From positions 66,047-98,046 of IMG/VR virus record IMGVR_UViG_3300045988_182205: a stretch of DNA of 32,000 nucleotides; one strand, written 5' to 3'. The stretch comes from a virus. Both the position numbers and the translations under genes were made by a program. Position 1 is the first letter of the stretch. The number at the start of each line of letters is the position of its first letter. Below the pieces are notes generated by a model. It worked only from the letters and a program-made list of their open reading frames with translations, was not told the DNA's origin and did not search any database. Below are positions 24,916 to 32,000 of this stretch, piece by piece.

Positions 24916-26144
24916 GGTACAACCACCCCCGCCCGTTTATGGATGTTTTCGGACTTTGCGATATTTACAGCTGTGCTGTAGGAGATACCATATATATCCG
25001 CAAGGTCACGCAGATTTTTGCCGGTATTCATCCGTGCAAATTCCGCAAATTCCCGGTTTCGGGCTTTTACATTATCCGTGATAGGAGAACGACTTTGCGT
25101 GGCTTTACGAGTTTCGGCTTCTGCCAGCGATTCAGAAAGCTTTCCGTAGTCATGCAGAATCTTATAGGTCTGACCCACGGCAATCTTATGGTCTTTAGCA
25201 ATGTCGGAGACGCTTTTCCCGTTCTGGTATTCTACCGCAATCCCCTCGCATATTTCTTCCGGCAGCTTCTTCCTCATTTTAGCGTTGCCGCGCAGGTTCT
25301 TGCGGTAGAGGGGATGATGTGCCCGGTATTTCTGGATAAGCCCCGCAATGAATCGCGGCGTGACATTGTACCGTACTGCGATATTCTCTACCTTGACACC
25401 CGCTTTGTAGTCTTTCAGGATATCGTTGTTCCGCGCTTCGATTTCCTCCGGGGTCTTGGTGTCTTCCAAGGCTTCACGCCGCAGCCCCAATACTTTCGGG
25501 CTGTGCTTGAATTCCGGGATGTTCATGGGCGGTTCAGGACCGAAACGGACAAGACCACCCGAAATTGGATGCCCCGCTTCGCGAAATACCTGATAGGTGG
25601 TGGATTCCGATAACCCATACTTATCCATGATTTCTCCGACAGTCATGTACGGATTTGCCCTGACATCCGCAACGATTTCAGCATTGCGTTTGCGTTTTTT
25701 GAACTGTACAGCTGACCCGATATTCTCTTTGTGCGGGGTATAATCAGGGCTTCTGCGCAGGATATGATAGACCTGTTGTCCAGAGAGATTGTATTTCTCA
25801 GCGATTTCAAAGGTCCAGGCCCCGTTTTTGTAGTCTTGCGCAATCTCAATATTCCGCTGCTCCATGTCGGCTTTCGACAATCGTTTCTGATTGTTGGGTT
25901 TCCGATTCGGGCTTTTGCGGTCATTGCGGCGCACAGCATCAAAACCCTCTAACACTTCAAGAGATTTCTTAACATTCGTGCAGCCGATACCGTATTTCTC
26001 AGCCAATTCCGCGATGTGCATTCCGGCGATATAATCGTTCAGCATTGCCTTATCGCGGTTCAGCTTTGCTTCTCCGGTTAAACTTTTCCGATGCATGGTG
26101 TATCCTCCTGATTTGCTACCCAGTCGATGATATGGTCGATGCAA
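24912..26144 (-). CDS. multi-HTH array protein (about 6 HTH units)
   Basis: Repeated RNxxIxxxYxxGxxxxxIAxxYxxxxxxxYxIL units; likely start MHRKSLTGEAK at about 26099. Confidence 0.75.
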   Translation of the reverse strand: MHRPYHRLGSKSGGYTMHRKSLTGEAKLNRDKAMLNDYIAGMHIAELAEKYGIGCTNVKKSLEVLEGFDAVRRNDRKSPNRKPNNQKRLSKADMEQRNIEIAQDYKNGAWTFEIAEKYNLSGQQVYHILRRSPDYTPHKENIGSAVQFKKRKRNAEIVADVRANPYMTVGEIMDKYGLSESTTYQVFREAGHPISGGLVRFGPEPPMNIPEFKHSPKVLGLRREALEDTKTPEEIEARNNDILKDYKAGVKVENIAVRYNVTPRFIAGLIQKYRAHHPLYRKNLRGNAKMRKKLPEEICEGIAVEYQNGKSVSDIAKDHKIAVGQTYKILHDYGKLSESLAEAETRKATQSRSPITDNVKARNREFAEFARMNTGKNLRDLADIYGISYSTAVNIAKSENIHKRAGVVVP

Positions 26145-26992
26145 AGATTCGTGATTTTGCTTGCGGTATAATACTGTGAAGTGTCATTGAGCAGCGATTC
26201 AATTTCCGCATCGGATGCCGAATACCCTACTGATGCAAAGAACATCCTTGCGAGGGTACGCGCATCGTCCCGGCACAGAGGTCTTACCGTATGCCCAAAG
26301 GTGAAGCGCCGGAGCAGAGCATCGTCCAGAGTATCGGGACGGTTCGTGGTCCCGACAAGGATGATGTCGTTGCCGAGTCGGTCAAGCTCCTGCATCAGGG
26401 CAATCGTCACACGGTTCATTTCCGCAACATCATCCTTGCCGCCGCGCCGTGTCCCGATAGCGTCAATCTCATCGAGGCAGAGCACGCACGGACTTTTTCT
26501 TGCATAGTCGAATACCATACCGATATTTTTCTGTGTTTTGCCCAGAGCGGAATTCACCAGACCGGAGAAATTCGTGTACACGAAAGGAAGGTTCGTCGTG
26601 TAAGCAATATACCGCGCCAACTCAGTCTTTCCGGTTCCCGGCTCACCCATGAGCAGAAGAGAACTCGTATAGTGAATCCCCATCTCCTGCAACCGCAGCG
26701 CAGCACGGCGCGTCTTGCACATCTTATCAATGACAGCCTTCTCGCTGTCTCGGATGAGGAACCGGTCTTCTCGGAAAGCGCTCGAATCCTCCGCGACCAA
26801 AAGCCCCTGCAGGTTATACGGCAGTTCGATTAGCGTAGGACTTTTACTTGCAAGTGTTCGTAGACAGGTTTCCTTGAACGTTTTGTCCTTGATAGTAGTA
26901 AGGCCCTCCAACACGATTTTCGCCTGCTGCTGAGATTTCCGAATATCCCCTTCCACCACATACCGAAGCAATGCCCGTTCGTTATCGTTCAC
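26078..26992 (-). CDS. AAA+ ATPase
   Basis: Walker A MGEPGTGKTE, Walker B CVLCLDEIDAIG, sensor VGTTNRPDTLDDALLRRF; GTG start after GAGGAGGGAAATCAA. Confidence 0.9.
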   Translation of the reverse strand: MNDNERALLRYVVEGDIRKSQQQAKIVLEGLTTIKDKTFKETCLRTLASKSPTLIELPYNLQGLLVAEDSSAFREDRFLIRDSEKAVIDKMCKTRRAALRLQEMGIHYTSSLLLMGEPGTGKTELARYIAYTTNLPFVYTNFSGLVNSALGKTQKNIGMVFDYARKSPCVLCLDEIDAIGTRRGGKDDVAEMNRVTIALMQELDRLGNDIILVGTTNRPDTLDDALLRRFTFGHTVRPLCRDDARTLARMFFASVGYSASDAEIESLLNDTSQYYTASKITNLCIDHIIDWVANQEDTPCIGKV

Positions 26993-27024
26993 TTGATTTC
27001 CCTCCTCTACAAAAAGAAAAAGTC

Positions 27025-27060
27025 CCCTGCAACATTCTGCAGAGGACTTAGTCTCTTTTG
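27025..27060 (-). terminator. intrinsic terminator upstream of the AAA+ gene
   Basis: Minus strand AAGTCCTCTGCAGAATGTTGCAGGGGACTTTTTCTTTTT. Confidence 0.65.
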
Positions 27061-27533
27061 CATTTCTGTTTTCTAACGCGCCGGATGATACTGTAAATAC
27101 CCGGCAAGGAATAATGGTATGCCTTAGCGAGGTTTTTGGCGTCGATGCCGTTTTGGTATTTCTCGAAGATTTCATCGTTGCGTTTTTGCTGACGGCGGGT
27201 GATGCGACGATGACTGAGTTCTTTGTTGCTGATTCCGGCCTGAACCGCGATGGCACTACAATACCCTACGGAAACGCCGTACTTTTCGGCAATGTCGCGG
27301 ACACGCGTATTTTTCTGATACTCCGCCACGATTTTATCGACCAGATTGGTATGGTCCTGTTCTTCCGCAATGCGCTGCGCCTGCCGCTCCTCATCGAGAG
27401 CGCGGTAGCAAGTCCTGATGCAAAGCCCGTATTTCTCGGACAGTTCCTCAAACGATAGACCGTTCTCGTAGTCCTTTACAATCTTCTCGTTTCGTTCGAT
27501 GATTTCGCTGCGGGTTGCTTTCCTTTTCCTCAT
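27048..27533 (-). CDS. multi-HTH array protein (3 HTH units)
   Basis: ERNEKIVKDYENGLSFEELSEKYGLCIRTCYRAL / VDKIVAEYQKNTRVRDIAEKYGVSVGYCSAIA / RNDEIFEKYQNGIDAKNLAKAYHYSLPGIYSII. Confidence 0.8.
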   Translation of the reverse strand: MRKRKATRSEIIERNEKIVKDYENGLSFEELSEKYGLCIRTCYRALDEERQAQRIAEEQDHTNLVDKIVAEYQKNTRVRDIAEKYGVSVGYCSAIAVQAGISNKELSHRRITRRQQKRNDEIFEKYQNGIDAKNLAKAYHYSLPGIYSIIRRVRKQKCKRD

Positions 27534-27539
27534 ACTGGT

Positions 27540-28085
27540 TCACCCCTTAGGCTTTGCTGCCTTCTTTTTGCGTCCCTTGCCGCGATAGATACCGGCCTCA
27601 TGAAGATACTTGAATCCGGAAGAGGGACTGATACCGTATTCCCGAGCAAGGTTCTCGACCGGCGTGTTGGGGTTCTTCTTCGCGTAGTCCACAAACCCCT
27701 GCTTGAAATCTTTAATGCGGCGCAAAGTAGAGGTCTCGATTTTCGTGTCGAGGTGCCGGTGGTAAGAGTCCCCGCCTTCTTTAAGAATACGAAAAATCGT
27801 GGCGCGGTTAAGGTTAAAAGCTTTTGCCAGTTCTTCGGCTGAAATGCCTTCCTGATACTGGTTGCGAATCTCGTCGTTGCGGTTATCCTTCCACTCCGTA
27901 AAAGTCACTTTCCGCCGCTTCTCCATCTCAGCCTGTGCGATATGGTAGACGGTTTGTGGGCTGAGTCCGTGCTCCTGCGCGAGGTCCGTGACCTTTGCGC
28001 CATTTTGCAGTGCATCGGTAATTTTTCGATTGCGTTCCAGCAACTTCTTATGCGTCATAGAAACCTCCCAAAATAAAAGAAGCAA
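27540..28085 (-). CDS. multi-HTH array protein (3 HTH units)
   Basis: RNRKITDALQNGAKVTDLAQEHGLSPQTVYHI / RNDEIRNQYQEGISAEELAKAFNLNRATIFRIL / FVDYAKKNPNTPVENLAREYGISPSSGFKYL; likely start MTHKKLL. Confidence 0.8.
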   Translation of the reverse strand: MLLLFWEVSMTHKKLLERNRKITDALQNGAKVTDLAQEHGLSPQTVYHIAQAEMEKRRKVTFTEWKDNRNDEIRNQYQEGISAEELAKAFNLNRATIFRILKEGGDSYHRHLDTKIETSTLRRIKDFKQGFVDYAKKNPNTPVENLAREYGISPSSGFKYLHEAGIYRGKGRKKKAAKPKG

Positions 28086-28112
28086 GCTCCCGAAAGAACT
28101 TGCTTCTTGTAT
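28070..28112 (-). terminator. intrinsic terminator in the leader of the HTH/AAA+ operon
   Basis: Minus strand AAGAAGCAAGTTCTTTCGGGAGCTTGCTTCTTTTATTTT. Confidence 0.65.
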
Positions 28113-28178
28113 TCAGTATTCACTTTTTTCTCGTGATGCGGGCAAAAAACTCACCCACTGATTCACTTTACAGTCTTC

Positions 28179-28206
28179 ATTTTACCCAATTCGCACGAAT
28201 GTGCAA
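28179..28206 (-). promoter_or_regulatory. recurrent promoter, copy 4
   Basis: Minus strand TTGCACATTCGTGCGAATTGGGTAAAAT. Confidence 0.6.
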
Positions 28207-28221
28207 CAACTTTTTACGAAT

Positions 28222-28689
28222 TCAGGTCCACTGCATGTACGGGATGTCTGAAAGCATCATAAGGCAGGTCTCAAACTCGTCTTCGATGTATCGGGTGATG
28301 GCATCGAATCTCTGCATCAGGGGCAGTTCCGCGAAAGATGTGCCGGTTTCCTTGCGGCATTTCCCCTCTGCGCTCGTATATATCACATTCAGCATGACAT
28401 TCAAGGCGAGAAGAATATCTTCATCCTTGCCCTGAACCGTGAAGTAGAAGTAGTGCTCCGACTCACCGTCCGTAACGCCGATTCGGTTGTTGTATTTTCC
28501 GTAACTCGCCAAATCACCAAACACACTGATTGCAATATATCGCAACTTATCCTCAATAGGAACAGTTCCCCATAGAGGATAGTGTTCATCCGGCTGAAAA
28601 TCCGCCTTGCCGCCGTTATATTCCCATTCAACAAAATCACGGACGGAAAGTTTCTGACCGCCCGGAATGATTATTTCAAGCTGTTCCAA
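28222..28689 (-). CDS. hypothetical protein
   Basis: 155-aa ORF preceded by AAAGAGGTGAG. Confidence 0.65.
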   Translation of the reverse strand: MEQLEIIIPGGQKLSVRDFVEWEYNGGKADFQPDEHYPLWGTVPIEDKLRYIAISVFGDLASYGKYNNRIGVTDGESEHYFYFTVQGKDEDILLALNVMLNVIYTSAEGKCRKETGTSFAELPLMQRFDAITRYIEDEFETCLMMLSDIPYMQWT

Positions 28690-28726
28690 AGTGTTCTCAC
28701 CTCTTTGCGTTGTCTCGATATTTTCT

Positions 28727-28754
28727 ATTGTATCCGGTTCGCACGATTATGCAA
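28727..28754 (-). promoter_or_regulatory. recurrent promoter, copy 5
   Basis: Minus strand TTGCATAATCGTGCGAACCGGATACAAT. Confidence 0.6.
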
Positions 28755-28797
28755 CATTGAGAGAGAAATTACCGGACACAGGAATCTGACGATAAAC

Positions 28798-28832
28798 AAA
28801 AAAGCCGCCTCCAATGCGGAGACGGCTCGATG
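28798..28832 (-). terminator. intrinsic terminator (T1)
   Basis: Minus strand AGCCGTCTCCGCATTGGAGGCGGCTTTTTTG. Confidence 0.75.
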
Positions 28833-28835
28833 GTA

Positions 28836-29189
28836 TCACATTCCGATTTTCTCAAGATACGGGATAGCGGCACGCATTCTTTCGCACTCCCAACTCTTGC
28901 GGGGGTTGCGTTCGTGCTTCTTGATGAACTTCTTCATCTCGGCGGAGGTTTCGGCACCCAGTCCGGTGGCGGCTAAGATTTCCCTTGCACCGTCACACTT
29001 CATGGCTTTTAGGGTATCCGAGTCAATTTCGCGTCCGCCCTCAAACGGCTGCATAAATTTGAGTCTGCAGAACGGGAGATAGCCTTCCGGTGCATTATCG
29101 CCGATATTCCAAATGATATAGCCGAGAGGCGGTTCCGTTACGACCTCGTAGGTGTCGCATACGCCAAGCGCAGTATGATAGATTTTCAT
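28836..29189 (-). CDS. hypothetical protein
   Basis: 117-aa ORF. Confidence 0.65.
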   Translation of the reverse strand: MKIYHTALGVCDTYEVVTEPPLGYIIWNIGDNAPEGYLPFCRLKFMQPFEGGREIDSDTLKAMKCDGAREILAATGLGAETSAEMKKFIKKHERNPRKSWECERMRAAIPYLEKIGM

Positions 29190-29236
29190 TGTTGTACTCC
29201 TTATTTTTGTGGCGGTCTTTAGACCGGCTGTGATAA

Positions 29237-29752
29237 TTACAAGTTCAGGGTGACATTGCGGGCACTGGGCTCGTATTTCTTAGTCTCTACCCCGGTAATC
29301 TTGAACATGTGTCGTGCAGCGACATTGTTGTTCGCATCCCGGTACTTGTCGTCAAGATATACGATACGCTTTATCCCGCTCTGAATGATTGCTTTTGCAC
29401 ACTCGTTGCACGGGAAAAGCGTGACATACATCGTAGACCCGTGCAGGTCTTTCCCGGCGTTGAGGATAGCGTTCAACTCCGAGTGGCAGACATACATGTA
29501 CTTGGTTTCGAGTTCGTTTCCTTCCCTGCCCCAAGGCATGATATCGTCATCGCAGCCAATCGGCATACCGTTGTACCCAAGAGACAGGATTTTATTGTCG
29601 CGCACGATACATGCGCCCACCTGACTGTTCGGGTCTTTGCTGCGCATCGCGGACAGCATCGCAATGCCCATGAAATACTCGTCCCACGAGATATAGTCGC
29701 GGCGTTTGGCGGTGTTGTTCTGATATGCTTCGTTTTTCGGTGAAATGCTCAT
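29237..29752 (-). CDS. dCMP deaminase
   Basis: CHSELNAILNAGKDLHGSTMYVTLFPCNECAKAIIQSGIKRIVY: zinc-binding deaminase H-x-E and PCxxC motifs. Confidence 0.93.
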   Translation of the reverse strand: MSISPKNEAYQNNTAKRRDYISWDEYFMGIAMLSAMRSKDPNSQVGACIVRDNKILSLGYNGMPIGCDDDIMPWGREGNELETKYMYVCHSELNAILNAGKDLHGSTMYVTLFPCNECAKAIIQSGIKRIVYLDDKYRDANNNVAARHMFKITGVETKKYEPSARNVTLNL

Positions 29753-29849
29753 ATGGTTCTCCTTCTTGTCTGATTTAGACAGTGGGTTCGTTTGCGTATT
29801 TTTGCGAAAAAAGGCGGTGGAGTGTCTTGCCCCACCGCATTGGTATTGG

Positions 29850-30596
29850 TCAGATGTACTTTTCCCAGAATTTCTCGAAGGTTTCGTCCGGCATCACCAT
29901 TTCCGTCTCATCGAGGACTCGGCTGAACTCGCTGCTGCTGATGTCGGTGCCGATGAAATCCGTGACGGCATCGCGGCCACGCTGCATCAGGGCATCTTTC
30001 AGGATATACCAGCGGTATTTGTGGATGAGGTCCGTCAGAGATTCGCCATCGTTCTCCCAGTAATCGTTCTTTGCCTGAACATGATACAGAGCATCGAGAA
30101 CTCCGTCGTAGTCATCGCTGTCATACTCGCTCACGATGTCGTTGAGATTGAGCAGACGGCGGTCAACGCCATCGACCTTCACGGTTGCGTTGTTGAACGA
30201 GTCATCGTCGCAGGGCTGTGCAGGAACTTCCACAGCAAACACCTCGCGGGTTTTCTTGTTTACCTTGCACGGCAGATAGAACGATGCACCGGAATCAAAG
30301 TTCGAGGTGATAACGCCGGATACAATATCGGGCATCGGGTTCTCGCGAGCCTCCTCAAACTCCGGCAGATGGAACACATCCACGACATTCTCGATGTCGT
30401 AGTCAAGGGCACGGACCTTCGTAACGATATAGCCGCTCCGCTGCAATTCGAGAACTGCACGGCAGAGGTCAAGCTTAATCTCGTGCTCATTCAGAAGACT
30501 ACCGTGGCTGTCTTTTACGAGGGTGATTTCGATTGTTTTGTTCTTGGCGGTCGTTTCGGCCAGAAAATAGGTCTTGTCATTGCAAATTTCAAACAT
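29850..30596 (-). CDS. hypothetical protein
   Basis: 248-aa ORF downstream of leader copy 6. Confidence 0.65.
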   Translation of the reverse strand: MFEICNDKTYFLAETTAKNKTIEITLVKDSHGSLLNEHEIKLDLCRAVLELQRSGYIVTKVRALDYDIENVVDVFHLPEFEEARENPMPDIVSGVITSNFDSGASFYLPCKVNKKTREVFAVEVPAQPCDDDSFNNATVKVDGVDRRLLNLNDIVSEYDSDDYDGVLDALYHVQAKNDYWENDGESLTDLIHKYRWYILKDALMQRGRDAVTDFIGTDISSSEFSRVLDETEMVMPDETFEKFWEKYI

Positions 30597-30625
30597 GTCA
30601 TTACGCTCCTTTTTGTGTTGGACGC

Positions 30626-30663
30626 AAAAAGAGCGGGCCTCTCAGAATCGAGAAGTCCGCCCT
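30626..30663 (-). terminator. intrinsic terminator inside the leader (T2)
   Basis: Minus strand GGGCGGACTTCTCGATTCTGAGAGGCCCGCTCTTTTTG. Confidence 0.7.
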
Positions 30664-30736
30664 TCAAGCGAAATTGTGAATGTACGAAAGGCATAAAACC
30701 CTTTCGATATGGAATGTTATCTATCGTACAATACCT
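30664..30736 (-). promoter_or_regulatory. conserved leader RNA, copy 4
   Basis: Minus strand TTGTACGATAGATAACATTCCAT...TTTCGTACATTCACAATTTCG; TGTACGA pairs with TCGTACA. Confidence 0.6.
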
Positions 30737-30764
30737 ATTCTATGCCATTCGCACATTTTGGCAA
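30737..30764 (-). promoter_or_regulatory. recurrent promoter, copy 6
   Basis: Minus strand TTGCCAAAATGTGCGAATGGCATAGAAT. Confidence 0.6.
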
Positions 30765-30767
30765 GAA

Positions 30768-30802
30768 AAAAGTCGCTGCCCCCAGCATAGGCAGCGACAA
30801 AA
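30768..30802 (-). terminator. intrinsic terminator (T1)
   Basis: Minus strand GTCGCTGCCTATGCTGGGGGCAGCGACTTTTTT. Confidence 0.75.
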
Positions 30803-30813
30803 TTATAATGCTG

Positions 30814-31887
30814 TTAGATATAATTAGGATTCCATTTTTCACAGCCATAGGAAACAATGGATTGCAAAAACTTTATCGGAACAAGATTCTCGCTGACCGA
30901 GGCACCGTTGTTTTTTACATATTGATTTATTTTTTTGCGCTCCTCTTCACCTGCGGACTCAACATTGATGAAAATCTCTTTTGTGGTCGGCTCATAGAAG
31001 AAAAAGCTGCTGCAAGAAATCTTGACAGTGATGCCCTCACCGTTGCCGTTTCCGATTACGATAGTTATATTTTTTCTTGCGTCAAGCGTCCGTGCGCAGT
31101 ATACAGACACGCTTTTTGCAATGCGTTGTGACTCATTATCATCGAAAACAAACGCAGGGCTCATTTTATCAGCCATTCTTGCTGCTGCAACTCTTTTTGG
31201 AAACTCATTTGCTCGTCTGCTATACCAGGCTCCCTGAAGCGCCAAACTTCTTAGCACATAATCCTTGAGCGTTTCCATCGCACCTCCAAGATAACCATCC
31301 TCGTCAATGATGTAATTCACAATGCTCTTATAATTGATATTACGCACAATACTTTGCGCGTTTAGAAGAAGAAAGTTATAGTGAACCGGTCTGCCTTCGA
31401 GCATGGTATAAATAGCATATTGTTCCGCCCGCTCATTCGTTTCCTTGCCATCGCTTAAGGCATGACAGAAGCTTAATTCTTCAATGATTTTCTTGCAGTA
31501 TGCCTGCTCGAATTTCTGATGATAATCTATCAACTCTGCTTTAAGCTTTGGACACACGCTGATGAGATAATTTGGTAAACTCCAAAACCGAGTAGAGTCA
31601 ATGCTGTAACCGGCTTTTTTGAAATTGTTCGAGTAATCACTGGGAAGCGGTGTGTTGTAACCGTTTTTCCACGCTTCCCACCGAAATTCCTGCATATATA
31701 TCTCGTTAACTCTACTGTTGACCGGCACCTTAAAAATCTTGATATATACCCCACTTTCGCAATTTCGAGGGCAGAAAATGGGGTTTTCATCTACAATAAA
31801 GCCTTCGAGAAAAGCTTCGTTTGGATTGTGGAAATATTGATAAATACATTCTTTGTTCAAGTATTTCACGCTTTTTATCGCTGCCAT
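30814..31887 (-). CDS. hypothetical protein
   Basis: 357-aa ORF. Confidence 0.65.
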   Translation of the reverse strand: MAAIKSVKYLNKECIYQYFHNPNEAFLEGFIVDENPIFCPRNCESGVYIKIFKVPVNSRVNEIYMQEFRWEAWKNGYNTPLPSDYSNNFKKAGYSIDSTRFWSLPNYLISVCPKLKAELIDYHQKFEQAYCKKIIEELSFCHALSDGKETNERAEQYAIYTMLEGRPVHYNFLLLNAQSIVRNINYKSIVNYIIDEDGYLGGAMETLKDYVLRSLALQGAWYSRRANEFPKRVAAARMADKMSPAFVFDDNESQRIAKSVSVYCARTLDARKNITIVIGNGNGEGITVKISCSSFFFYEPTTKEIFINVESAGEEERKKINQYVKNNGASVSENLVPIKFLQSIVSYGCEKWNPNYI

Positions 31888-31925
31888 AATTCATCCTCCG
31901 TTTTCAACTTTTTTGTGTTGGACGC

Positions 31926-32000
31926 AAAAAGGGCGGACCTCTCAAAATCGAGAAGTCCGCCCTTTAAGCGAAATTGTGAATGTACGAAAGGCAGAAAGCC
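31926..32000 (-). promoter_or_regulatory. leader RNA copy 5 with T2 terminator, cut by window edge
   Basis: Minus strand CTGCCTTTCGTACATTCACAATTTCGCTTAAAGGGCGGACTTCTCGATTTTGAGAGGTCCGCCCTTTTTG; near-identical to copy 4. Confidence 0.65.

Noticed and set aside
1-32000. CRISPR array.
   Set aside because: No regularly spaced direct repeats of 24-40 bp with unique spacers were seen. The repeats present are protein-coding, promoter/leader or ribozyme elements.

Overview
The window looks like part of a tRNA-rich mobile genome, most likely a large gut phage of a Firmicutes-type host (inference; no capsid or terminase gene is visible). Nearly all plausible genes lie on the minus strand. Recognisable proteins are a tail-type lysozyme, an ASCH-domain protein, an XRE/HTH regulator, an HD-family hydrolase, a very large Cys-rich repeat lipoprotein, a dCMP deaminase, an AAA+ ATPase, an IscB-like PLMP/RuvC/HNH protein with a structured upstream omega-RNA-like region, and a Cys-less TnpB with its 3' omega-RNA-like region. 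Thirteen tRNAs are readable. The strongest unexpected signal is four minus-strand copies of an HDV-like self-cleaving ribozyme fold, each with nested double-pseudoknot pairing that I checked by hand. One abuts the 3' end of tRNA-Thr(UGU) with no spacer. The other three follow structured RNAs in which I see no tRNA. Three further signals deserve attention: (i) a 28-bp promoter family (TTGC-N6-KTGCGAA-N4/5-TANAAT) present six times, several copies followed by a conserved RNA leader and a second intrinsic terminator before the gene; (ii) a compact operon of three multi-HTH-array proteins, an AAA+ ATPase, a zinc-ribbon protein and a nuclease-like protein; (iii) an orphan omega-RNA-like scaffold and a tRNA-like RNA without an anticodon arm. 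All structures were derived by eye, and small coordinate errors of a few nt are possible.
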